64,000 nt of DNA from the human T2T-CHM13v2.0 reference genome, Homo sapiens. Position numbers and translations under genes: made by a program. How positions within the stretch are numbered: position 1 is the first letter of the stretch; every line of letters starts with the position of its first letter. The DNA is taken from assembly GCF_009914755.1 (NCBI RefSeq), contig NC_060940.1; one strand, 5' to 3'. Under the pieces are notes generated by a model. It had not been told where the DNA came from. It did not search any database and was given only the letters and a program-made list of their open reading frames with translations. Positions 28,701 to 41,859 of this stretch are shown here, one piece after another.

Positions 28701-31700
28701 GATTCCATTCGATGATGATTCCCTTTGATTCCATTCAAAGATGATTCCATTCTAGCCCATTCAATCATTCCATTCGATTCTATTCAATGATGATTCCATT
28801 CATGTCGATTTGGTGATTCCATTTGACTTCATTTGATGATGATTCCTTTCAAGTTCATTAGATGATTCCATTCGATTCCATTTGATGATGATCCCATTCG
28901 AGTCCATTCAGTGATTCCACTCGTTTCCATTCCATGATGATTCCATTCCATTCCATTCAATGATTCCATTCGATTCCGTTTGATGATGATTTCATTCGAG
29001 TCCATTTGATGATTCCATTTGATTCCATTCGATGATGATTCCATTCGAGTCCATTCGATGATTCTATTCGAATCCATTTGATGATTTCTTTTGATTATAG
29101 TTGGTGATGATTCCATTGGAGTCCATTCAATGATTCCATTTGATTCCAGTCTCTGATGATTACATTCGAGTCCATACGATGATTCCACTCAATTCCATAT
29201 GATGATGATTCCATTCGATTCCATTCGGTGATTCCATTCTATTCTATTCAATGGTGATTCCATTCGAGTACATTAGATGATTCCATTCGATTCCATTCAA
29301 TGATGATTCTATTTGTGTCCCTTAGATGATTCCACATGATTCCATTAGATGATGATACTATTTGAGCCCATCCAATGATACCCTTCGATATCATTCGATG
29401 AGGATTCCATTCGATTCAATTCATTGGTGATTCTATTCAATTCAATTCTTTGATTCCATTCCATTCCATTCGACAATGATTCCATTCGATTTCTTTCGAT
29501 GATTCCACTCGATTCCACTTGACATTGATTCCCTTCGATTCCATTCAATGATTCCATTTGATTCCAGTGGATGATGATTGCCATCGATTCCATTCGATCA
29601 CTCCATTCTATTCCATTTGATGATGATTACATTCGATTCCATTTGACGATTCCATCTGATTCTATTCGAGGATTCCATTTGATTCCATTCGATGATGATT
29701 CCATTCGAGTCCATTCGATGATTTCATTCGAGTACATCCAATGATTCCATTCGAGTCCATTTGATGATTCCATTTGATTCCATTTGATAATGATTCTACT
29801 AGAGTCCATTCAATGACTCCATTCGAGTCCATTCAACAATTCCATTCGACTCCATTTGATGATTCCATTGGATTCCATTTGATGATTCCATTCGAGTCCA
29901 TTTAATCATTACAGTCGAGTCCATTTGGTGATTCCACCGGATTTCTTTTGATAATGATACCATTCAATTACATTTGATGATGATCCCATTCAATTTCATT
30001 TGATGATGATTCCATTAGAGTCCATTCGATGATTTCATTCGAGTCCCTTCATTGATTCCATCCGATTTCATTGGATGATGACTCCATTCGAGTCCATTCG
30101 ATGATTCCACTCGATTCCATTAGATGATTCCATTGGAGTCCATTTCATTGTTCCATTCGATTCCATTCGATTCCTTTCGAAGATTATTCCATTTGAGTCC
30201 ATTCGATGATGATTCCATTCCATTCCATTCGATGATTCCGTTTGATTCCATTCGATGATTCCCTTCGATTCCTTTCTTTGATGATTCCATTCCATTCCAT
30301 TCAATGATTCCATTCGAATCTATTCCATGATGATTCCTTTCGATTCCATTCGCTGATGTTTCCGTTCAATTCCATTCGATGATGATTCCATTCGATTCCA
30401 TTCATTGAGGATTCCATTTGATTCCATTTAATGATGATTCCGTTCTATTCCATTCAATGATTGCATTCAATTCCATTCAATGATTATCCCCTTAGAGTAA
30501 ACTCAACGATTCCATTCAATACCATTCGATGATGATTCCTTTTGAGTCCATTCAATGATTTCATTCAAGTCCATTTGATGATTCCTTTCAATTCCATTCT
30601 ATGATGATTCCATTCGAGTCCATTCGATGATTCCATTCGATTGCATTCGATTATTCCATTATATTCCAGTCAACGATGATTCCATTCGAGCCCATTCGAT
30701 GATTCCATTAGAGTACATTTAATGATTGCTTTGTTTTCAATTCGAAGATGATTACATTGGATTCCATTCTATGATACCATTCGATTCCATTCAATGATGA
30801 TTCCACTCAAATCCATTGGATGATTCCATTCGTGTCCATTCGGTGATTTCATTAGATTCCATTCGAGGATGATTCCATTCGATTCCATTCGATGATTCCA
30901 TTCAATTCCATTCGAGGATGATTCCATTCCAGTCCATATGATCATTCCATTTGATTTCATTCGATGATGATTCCATTCGATTCCATTCGATGATTCCATT
31001 CTATTCCATTCGATGATGATTCCATTCGAGTCCATTCGATGATTCCATTCGAGTCCATTTAATGATTCCATTGGGTTCAATTCAATGATGATTACATTGG
31101 ATTCCGTTCTATGATTCCATTCAATTCCGTTCATTGACAATTTGATTCCATTCGATGATGATTCCATTTGAGTTCATTCGATGATTCTATTCGATTCTCT
31201 TCGATGGTGATTCAATTCTATTATATTGGATGATTCCATTCGATTCCATTTGATGTTGATTCAATTCGATTCTATTCGATGATGATTCCATTGGATTTCA
31301 CTTGATGATTCTATTCGATTCCATTCAATGATGATTCACTTCTCGTCCATTGGATGATTCCATTTCATTCCATTCGATGATGATTCCATTCGATTCCATT
31401 CGATGATTCCATTTGATTCCATGCGACGGTGAGCAATTCGATTCAATTCCATGATGATTCTATTTGATTCAATTAGATGATGTTTCCATTCGAATCCATT
31501 CCATGATTATTCCATTGGAATCCATTTGGCGATGATTCCATATGAGTCAATTCAATGATGATTCCATATGGGTCCGTTCGATGATAATTCCATTTGATTT
31601 CATTCGATGCTTCTATTCTATTCCAGTCGATGATGATTCCGTTGGAGTCCATACGATGATTCCATTTGATTTCATTTGATGATGATTCCATTCGATGATG

Positions 31701-31838
31701 ATTACATTGGATTCCATTCTATGATTCCATTCAATTCCATTCGTTGATGATTCGATTCCATTCAATGATGATTCCATTTGAGTTCATTCGATGATTCTAT
31801 TCGATTCCGTTCGATGGTGATTCAATTCTCTTATATTG
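25776..31838 (+). repeat. Higher-order unit, type B' (6,063 bp = 6112-49)
   Basis: Marker spacing 25911->31974; 49-bp deletion near 29140 removing cgattccaatcgatggtgattccattagagtccatttaatgattccatt. Confidence 0.9.
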
Positions 31839-34137
31839 GATGATTCCCCTCGATTCCATTTGATGATTATTCCATTGGAGTCCACTTAGTGAATCCTTTA
31901 GATTCTACTCGAAGATGACTCCATTCGAGTCCATTCAATGATACCATTCAATTTCATTCGTTGATGCTTCCATTCAAGTGCATTCGATGATATCATTCGA
32001 TTCCATTTGATGATAATTCCATTTGATTCCATGCGATGATTCTATTCGATTCCATTCAATGATAATTCCATTCAATTCAGTGATTCCTCTGGACTCCATT
32101 TGATGATGATTCCATTCAATGATTCCATTCGATTCTATTCCAAAATGATTCCATTTGAATCCATTTGATGATGATTCCATTAGATTCCATTTGATGATTC
32201 CATTCGATTCCATTTGACGATGATTCCATTCGATTCCATTTGATGATTCCATTCTATTATATTCGATGATGATTCCATTCGATTCCATTTGATGATGATT
32301 GGATTCGATTCCATTTGATGATTTCATTTGATTCCATTCGTTAATGATTTCGATCAACTCCATTCGATGATTCCATTTGATTCCATTCGATAATGATTAC
32401 ATCCGAGTCCATTCGATGATTCCATTTGAGCCCGTTCGATAATTCCATTTGAGTCCAATCAATGATTCCATTCATTTCCATTCAATGATTCCATTCGAGT
32501 CCATTTGATCATTCTGGTAGGGTCCGTTCGATGTTGATTCCATTGGAGTGCATTCGATGATTCCATTCGAGTCCATTTTATGATTTGATTCGAGTCCTTT
32601 CGATGATTCCATTAGATTCCACTCGATGCTGATTTCATTCGAGTCCATTCGACACTTCCAATCGATTCCATTTGATGTTTCCATTCGAGTCCAATTGATG
32701 ATTCCATTCAATTCCATTCGATGATGATTCCATACGATTCCATTCTGTGATGATTCCATGTGATTGCATTCAATGATGATTCCTTTCGACTGCATTCGAT
32801 TATGATTCATTTCGTGTTCATTCTATGGTTCCACAGGTTTCCATTCGATGACGTTTCCGTTCGTGTCCATTCCATTATTCCATTCTATTTCATTTGATGA
32901 TGATTCCATTCGATTCCATTCATTGGTGATTCCACTCAATTCCATTCAATGATTCCATTCCATTTCTTTCAACAATAATTCCATTACTTTCTATTCGATG
33001 ATCCACTTGATTCCATTTGGCGATGATTCCATTCGTGTCCATTCGATGATTCCATTTGATTCCATATGATGATGATTCCATTCGATTCCATACCATGATG
33101 ATTCCATTCGAGTCCATTCAATGGTGATTCCATTCAATTCCATTCGATGATTCCTTCCGATTCCATTCGATGATGATGGCATTCGATTCCTTTCAATCAT
33201 TCCCTTTGATTCCATTCAAAGGTGATTTCATTCAAGTCCATTCGATAATTGCATTCGATTCCATTCTATGATGATTCCATTCGAGTCCATTTGATGATTG
33301 CATTCAATTCAAGTCAATGATGATTCCATTTAATTCCACTCGATGATTCCATTGGATTCCATTCGATGATGATTCCATTCAAATCCATTCGATAATTCAA
33401 TTCAAGTCCATTCGATGATGATTCCAATCGAATCCATTCAAAGATTCCATTCAATTCCATTCGATGATGATTCCCTTAGATTCCATTCGATGATTCCACT
33501 TGATTCCATTTACGATGATTCCATTCGATTCCATGTGATGAATCCATTCAATTCTATTCAATGATGTTTCCATTTGATTCCATTGGACCATGATTGCCTT
33601 TGATTCCATTCAATGATTCCATTCGGTTCCATTTGATGATGATTCCGTTCGATTCCATTTCATTATTCCATTTGATTCCATTGGATGAGTCCATTCGATT
33701 ACATTCGATGATTATTCCATTCGAGTGCATTAGATGATTGCATTCGAGTCCATTCGATGATTCCATTCGATTCCATTCGATGTTGATTCTGTTCAAATCC
33801 ATTCGATGATTCCACTCGATTCCATTCGATGACTCCATTTGATCCCATTCGATGATTTCCTGTGATTCCCTTTGATGATCATTCTATTTGATTCAATTCG
33901 GTGATTTCATTTCATTCCATTCAGTGATGTTTCCATTCGACTGTATTCGATGATGATTCCATTCGACTCCATTCGATTATGATTTCATTCAATTCCATTC
34001 AATAATGATTCCCTTCGAGTCCATTCGATGATTCCATTCGATTCCATTCATCGATGATTTGATTCGTTTCCATTCGATGATTCCATTTGATTCCACTTGA
34101 TGATGATTCCATTCGAGTCCATTTGATGATTCCATTC
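31839..34137 (+). repeat. Partial unit C (first ~2.3 kb of the unit) preceding block Z
   Basis: Colinear with 25776-28055 (+16 and +3 bp), then diverges at 34138 (gagtctatttatg instead of aattccattctccg). Confidence 0.88.
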
Positions 34138-35957
34138 GAGTCTATTTATGTATTATATTCGTGTCCACTTCATGATTCCATTCAATTCCATTTAATGTTG
34201 ATTCCATTTGATTCCATTTGATGATTCAGTTCGATTCCTTGCAATGATTCCCTACGATTCCTTTCTATGATGATTCCATTCGATTCCATTCATTGATGAT
34301 TTCATTCGACTCCATTCGATGATGATTCCTTTCGATTCCATTTGACGATGTTTCCATTCGAGTCCATTCGATGATGATTCTATTCAATTCTGTTCTATTA
34401 TGATTCCATTCGATTTCATTCAATGCTTCTATTTGATTCCATTCGATGATGATTCCATCTCTTTCCCTTCGATGATTCCATTTGATTCCATTCAGTGATG
34501 ATTCCATTTGATTCCATCTGATGATGATTTCACTTGATTCATTTCAATGATGATTCCATTCAAGTCCATTCGATGATTCCATTGGAGTCCAAACGATCAT
34601 TCCGTTCGATTCCATTCAATGGTGATTCCATTCATGTCCATTCGATGAATCCATTCAATTCCATTCGATGATGACTCCATTCGAGTACATTCGATGATTC
34701 CATTTGATTCCATTTGAAGATGATTCCATTCAATTCCATTCGAAGATGATTCCATTCAATTCCATTCGATGATGATTCCGTATGAATCCATTCTCTGATT
34801 ATTCCATTCGATTCCATTCATTGACGATTCCATTCAATTCCATTCAATGATGATTCTCTTCTATTCCATTCGATGATTCCGGTCGATTCCATTCGATGAT
34901 GATTCCATTAGATTCCATTCGATTGTTGCATTCGATTCCCTTCGATGATGATTCCTTTGAATTCCATTCGATTATCATTCCGTATGAATCCATTTGATGA
35001 TTATTCCATTGGATTCCTTTCAATGATGATTCCATTCGATTCCATTTGATGATGTTTCTCTTGTATTCCATTGGATAATTCCTTTCAGTTCCCTTCGATG
35101 ATTATTCTTTCGAGTCAATTCGATGATTCTATTCCATTCCCTTCGATGATGATTCCATTTCACTCCATTTGATGATTCCATTCGACTCAATTTGGTGATG
35201 ATTCAATTCGATGACATTCGATGACTCCATTCAATTTCATTTGATGATGATTACATTCGAGTCCATTTGATGATTGTATTCCTTTCCTTTTGATGATTAT
35301 TCCATTCGTGTCTATTCAAAGGTTCCATTCTATTCCATTCAATGATGATTGCATTTGATTCCATTCAATGATTATGGCTATCGATTCCACTCGTTGATTC
35401 CATTTGATTCCGTTCGATGATTATTCCGTTAGATTCCATTAGAAGATTCCATTCTATTTTATTCAATGATTCCAATGGATTCCATTCAATGATGATTCCA
35501 TTCGACTCCATTCAGTGATTCCATTCGAGTCCATTTGATGATTCCATTCTTTTCCATTTGATGATGATTCCATTAGGGTCCATTCAATGATTCCATTCGA
35601 GTCCATTCGTTAATGCCTTTCGAGTCCTTTTGATCACTACATTCGAGTCCATTCAATGATTCTATTCGATTCCATTCCATGATGATTCCATTCGAGTTCA
35701 TTCGATGATTGCATTCGAGTCCATTTGATGATTCCATATGATTCCCTTCGACAATGATTTCATTCGTGTCCATTTGATGATTCCATTCATTTCCTATCGA
35801 TTCAAGTGTATTCGATGATTCCATTCAAATCCATTCGATGATGATTCCATTCCAGTCCATTCGATCATTCCACTTGATTCCATTTGATGACTATTCCATT
35901 CAAATCCATTTGATGATTCCATTCGATTCCATTCGATGTTACCATTCGAGTATATAC
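34138..35957 (+). repeat. Divergent HSat2 block Z, copy 2 (1,820 bp)
   Basis: Not colinear with the standard unit; carries its own motifs (tatttatgtattatattcgtg, ccttgcaatgattccctacg, ggataattcctttcagttccc) and a private 11-bp deletion near 35800. Confidence 0.9.
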
Positions 35958-38900
35958 GATGATTCCACTCGATTCCATTTGATGATTATTCCATTGGAGT
36001 CCACTTAGTGAATCCTTTAGATTCTACTCGAAGATGATTCCATTCGAGTCCATTCGATGATACCATTCAATTCCATTCGTTGATGCTTCCATTCAAGTGC
36101 ATTCGATGATATCATTCGATTCCATTTGATGATAATTCCATTTGATTGCATGCGATGATTCTATTCGATTCCATTCAATGATAATTCCATTCAATTCAGT
36201 GATTCCTCTGGACTCCATTTGATGATGATTCCATTCAATGATTCCATTCGATTCTATTCGAAAATGATTCCATTTGAATCCATTTGATGATGATTCCATT
36301 GGATTCCATTTGATGATTCCATTCGATTCCATTCGATGATGATTCCATTCGATTCCTTTTGATGATTCCATTCTATTGTATTCGATGATGATTCCATTCG
36401 ATTCCATTCGATGATGATTGGATTCGATTCCATTTGATGATTTCATTTGATTCCATTCGATAATGATTTCGATCAATTCCATTCGATGATTCCATTCGAT
36501 TCCATTCGATAATGATTACATCCGAGTCCATTCGATGATTCCATTTGAGCCCGTTCGATAATTCCATTTGAGTCCAATCAATGATTCCATTCATTTCCAT
36601 TCAATGATTCCATTCGAGTCCATTTGATCATTCCGGTAAGGTCCGTTCGATGTTGATTCCATTGGAGTGCATTCGATGATTCCATTCGAGTCCATTTTAG
36701 GATTTGATTCGAGTCCTTTCGATGATTCCATTCGATTCCACTCGATGATTTCATTCGAGTCCATTCGACACTTCCAATCGATTCCATTTGATGTTTCCAT
36801 TCGATTCCAATTGATGATTCCATTCAATTCCATTCGATGATGATTCCGTACGATTCCATTCTGTGATGATTCCATGTGATTGCATTCAATGATGATTCCT
36901 TTCGATTGCATTCGATTATGATTCATTTCGTGTTCATTCTATGGTTCCACAGGTTTCCATTCGATGATGTTTCCATTCGTGTCCATTCCATGATTCCATT
37001 CTATTCCATTTGAAGATGATTCCATTCGATTCCGTTCATTGGTGATTCCACTCAATTCCATTCAATGATTCCATTCCATTTCTTTCAACAATGATTCCAT
37101 TAGTTTCTATTCGATGATCCACTTGATTCCATTTGACGATGATTCCATTCGTGTCCATTCGATGATTCCATTTGATTCCATATGATGATGATTCCATTCG
37201 ATTCCATACGATGATGATTCCATTCGAGTCCATTCAATGGTGATTCCATTCAATTCCATTCGATGATTCCTTTCGATTCCATTCAATGATGATGGCATTC
37301 AATTCCTTTCGATCATTCCCTTTGATTCCATTCAAAGGTGATTTCATTCAAGTCCATTCGATAATTGCATTCGATTCCATTCTATGATGATTCCATTCGA
37401 GTCCATTTGATGATTCCATTCAATTCAAGTCAATGATGATTCCATTCGATTCCACTCGATGATTCCATTGGATTCCATTCGATGATGATTCCATTCAAAT
37501 CCATTCGATAATTCAATTCAAGTCCATTCGATGATGATTCCAATCGAATCCATTCAAAGATTCCACTCAATTCCATTCGATGATGATTCCCTTAGATTCC
37601 ATTCGATGATTCCACTTGATTCCATTTACGATGATTCCATTCGATTCCATGTGATGATTCCATTCAATTCTATTCAATGATGTTTCCACTTGATTCCATT
37701 CGAACATGATTGCCTTTGATACCATTCAATGATTCCATACGGTTCCATTTGATGATGATTCCATTCGAGTGCATTAGATGATTCCATTCGAGTCCATTCG
37801 ATGATTCCATTCGATTCCATTCGATGTTGATTCTGTTCAAATCCATTCGATGATTCCACTCGATTCCATTCGATGACTCCATTTGATCCCATTCGATGAT
37901 TTCCTTTGATTCCCTTTGATGATCATTCCATTTGATTCAATTCGGTGATTTTATTTGATTCCATTCAGTGATGTTTCCATTCAACTCCTTTCGATGATGA
38001 TTCCATTCGACTCCATTCGATTATGATTTCATGCAATTCCATTCGATAATGATTCCCTTCAAGTCCATTCGATGATTCCATTCGATTCCATTCAACGATG
38101 ATTTGATTCGTGTCCATTCGATGATTCCATTTGATTCCATTTGATGATGATTCCATTCGAGTCCCTTTGATGATTCCATTCAATTCCATTCTCCGATGAT
38201 TTCTTTTGAGCCCATTCAATGCTTCCACTCGATTCCATATGATGATGACTCCATTTGATGAAATTCCATGATGATTCCATTCGCTTGCATTCGATGATGA
38301 TTCCACTTGAGTCCGTTAGAAGATTCTATTCAATTACATTCCATGACGATTCTGTTCGAGTCCATTTGATGATTCCATTAGACTCCATTCGACGATGATT
38401 CCATTCGATGTTATTCGATGATGATTCCATTCAACTCCATTCGATGTTTCCATTCGAGTTCATTCTATTATTCCATTAGATTCCATTCGATGATGATTCC
38501 ATTCGATTCCATTTGATGATTGCATTCTATTTCATTTGATGATGATTCCATTCGAGTCCATTCGATGATTCCATTCGAGTCCATTTAATGAATCCATTGG
38601 TTTCAATTCTATGATGATTACATTGGATTCCATTCGTTGATGATTTCATTCGATTCCATTCAATGATGATTCCATTCAATTCCATTCAATGATTCCACTG
38701 AATTCCATACGATGATGATTCCATTTGATTTGATTCGACAGTGAGCCATTCGATTCAATTCCATGATGATTCTATTTGATTCAATTGGTTGACATTTCCA
38801 TTCGATTCCATTCGATGATGATTCCATTTGATTCCATTCAAAGATGATTCCATTCTAGCCCATTCAATCATTCCATTCGATTCTATTCAATGATGATTCC

Positions 38901-41859
38901 ATTCATGTCGATTTGGTGATTCCATTTGACTTCATTTGATGATGATTCCTTTCAAGTTCATTAGATGATTCCATTCGATTCCATTTGATGATGATCCCAT
39001 TCGAGTCTATTCAGTGATTCCACTCGTTTCCATTCCATGATGATTCCATTCCATTCCATTCAATGATTCCATTCGATTCCGTTTGATGATGATTTCATTC
39101 GAGTCCATTTGATGATTCCATTTGATTCCATTTGATGATGATTACATTCGAGTCCATACGATGATTCCACTCAATTCCATATGATGATGATTCCATTCGA
39201 TTCCATTCGATGATTCCAGTCTATTCTATTCAATGGTGATTCCATTCGAGTACATTAGATGATTCCATTCGATTCCATTCAATGATGATTCTATTTGTGT
39301 CCCTTAGATGGTTCCACATGATTCCATTTCATGATGATACTATTTGAGCCCATCCAATGATTCCCTTCGATTCCATTCGATGAGGATTCCATTCGATTCA
39401 ATTCATTGGTGATTCTATTCAATTCAATTCTTTGATTCCATTCCATTCCATTCGACAATGATTCCATTCGATTTCCTTCGATGATTCCACTCCATTCCAC
39501 TTGACATTGATTCCATTCGATTCCATTCAATGATTCCGTTTCATTCCAGTGGATGATGATTGCCATCGATTCCATTCGATCACTCCATTCTATTCCATTT
39601 GATGATGATTACATTCGATTCCATTTGATGATTCCATCTGATTCTATTCGAGGATTCCATTTGATTCCATTCGATGATGATTCCATTCGAGTGCATTTGA
39701 TGATTTCATTCGAGTACATCCAATGATTCCATTCGAGTCCATTTGATGATTCCATTTGATTCCATTTGATTATGATTCTACTAGAGTCCATTCAATGACT
39801 CCCTTCGAATCCATTCAACAATTCCATTCGAGGCCATTCGATGATTCCATTTCATGATTCCATTCGAGTCCATTTAATCATTACAGTCGAGTCCATTTGG
39901 TGATTCCACTGGATTTCTTTTGATAATGATACCATTCAATTACATTTGATGATGATCCCATTCAATTTCATTTGATGGTGATTCCATTAGAGTCCATTCG
40001 ATGATTTCATTCGAGTCCCTTCATTGATTCCATCCGATTTCATTGGATGATGACTCCATTCGAGTCCATTCGATGATTCCACTCGATTCCATTAGATGAT
40101 TCCATTGGAGTCCATTTGATTGTTCCATTCGATTCTATTCGATTCCTTTCGAAGATTATTCCATTTGAGTCCATTCGATGATGATTCCATTCCATTCCAT
40201 TCGATGATTCCGTTTGATTCCATTCGATGATTCCCTTCGATTCCTTTCTTTGATGATTCCATTCCATTCCATTCAATGATTCCATTCGAATCTATTCCAT
40301 GATGATTCCTTTCGATTCCATTCGCTGATGTTTCCGTTCAATTCCATTCGATGATGATTCCATTCGATTCCATTCATTGAGGATTCCATTTGATTCCATT
40401 CAATGATGATTCCATTCTATTCCATTCAATGATTGCATTCAATTCCATTCAATGATTATCCCCTTAGAGTAAACTCAACGATTCCATTCAATACCATTCG
40501 ATGATGATTCCTTTTGAGTCCATTCAATGATTTCATTCAAGTCCATTTGACGATTCCTTTCAATTCCCTTCTATGATGATTCACTTCTCGTCCATTGGAT
40601 GATTCCATTTCATTCCATTCGATGATGATTCCATTCGATTCCATTCGATGATTCCATTCGATTGCATTCGATGATTCCATTATATTCCAGTCAACGATGA
40701 TTCCATTCGAGTCCATTCGATGATTCCTTTAGAGTACATTTAATGATTGCTTTGTTTTCAATTCGAAGATGATTATATTGGATTCCATTCTATGATACCA
40801 TTCGATTCCATTCAATGATGATTCCACTCAAATCCATTGGATGATTCCATTCGTGTCCATTCGGTGATTTCATTAGATTCCATTCGAGGATGATTCCATT
40901 CGATTCCATTCGATGATTCCATTCAATTCCATTCGATGATGATTCCATTCCAGTCCATATGATCATTCCATTTGATTTCATTCGATGATGATTCCATTCG
41001 ATTCCATTCGATGATTCCATTCTATTCCATTCGATGATGATTCCATTCGAGTCCATTCGATGATTCCATTCGAGTCCATTTAATGATTCCATTGGGTTCA
41101 ATTCAATGATGATTACATTGGATTCCATTCTATGATTCCATTCAATTCCGTTCATTGACAATTTGATTCCATTCGATGATGATTCCATTTGAGTTCATTC
41201 GATGATTCTATTCGATTCTCTTCGATGGTGATTCAATTCTATTATATTGGATGATTCCATTCGATTCCATTTGATGTTGATTCAATTCGATTCTATTCGA
41301 TGATGATTCCATTGGATTTCACTTGATGATTCTATTCGATTCCATTCAATGATGATTCACTTCTCGTCCATTGGATGATTCCATTTCATTCCATTCGATG
41401 ATGATTCCATTCGATTCCATTCGATGATTCCATTTGATTCCATGCGTCGGTGAGCAATTCGATTCAATTCCATGATGATTCTATTTGATTCAATTAGATG
41501 ATGTTTCCATTCGAATCCATTCCATGATTATTCCATTGGAATCCATTCGGCGATGATTCCATATGAGTCAATTCAATGATGATTCCATATGGGTCCGTTC
41601 GATGATAATTCCATTTGATTTCATTCGGTGCTTCTATTCAATTCCAGTCGATGATGATTCCGTTGGAGTCCATACGATGATTCCATTTGATTTCATTTGA
41701 TGATGATTCCATTCGATGATGATTACATTGGATTCCATTCTATGATTCCATTCAATTCCATTCGTTGATGATTCGATTCCATTAAATGATGATTCCATTT
41801 GAGTTCATTCGATGATTCTATTCGATTCCGTTCGATGGTGATTCAATTCCCTTATATTG
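35958..41859 (+). repeat. Higher-order unit, variant A (5,902 bp = 5853+49)
   Basis: Marker spacing 36093->41995; same deletions as the first A unit, plus a 49-bp insertion at ~40581. Confidence 0.9.
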
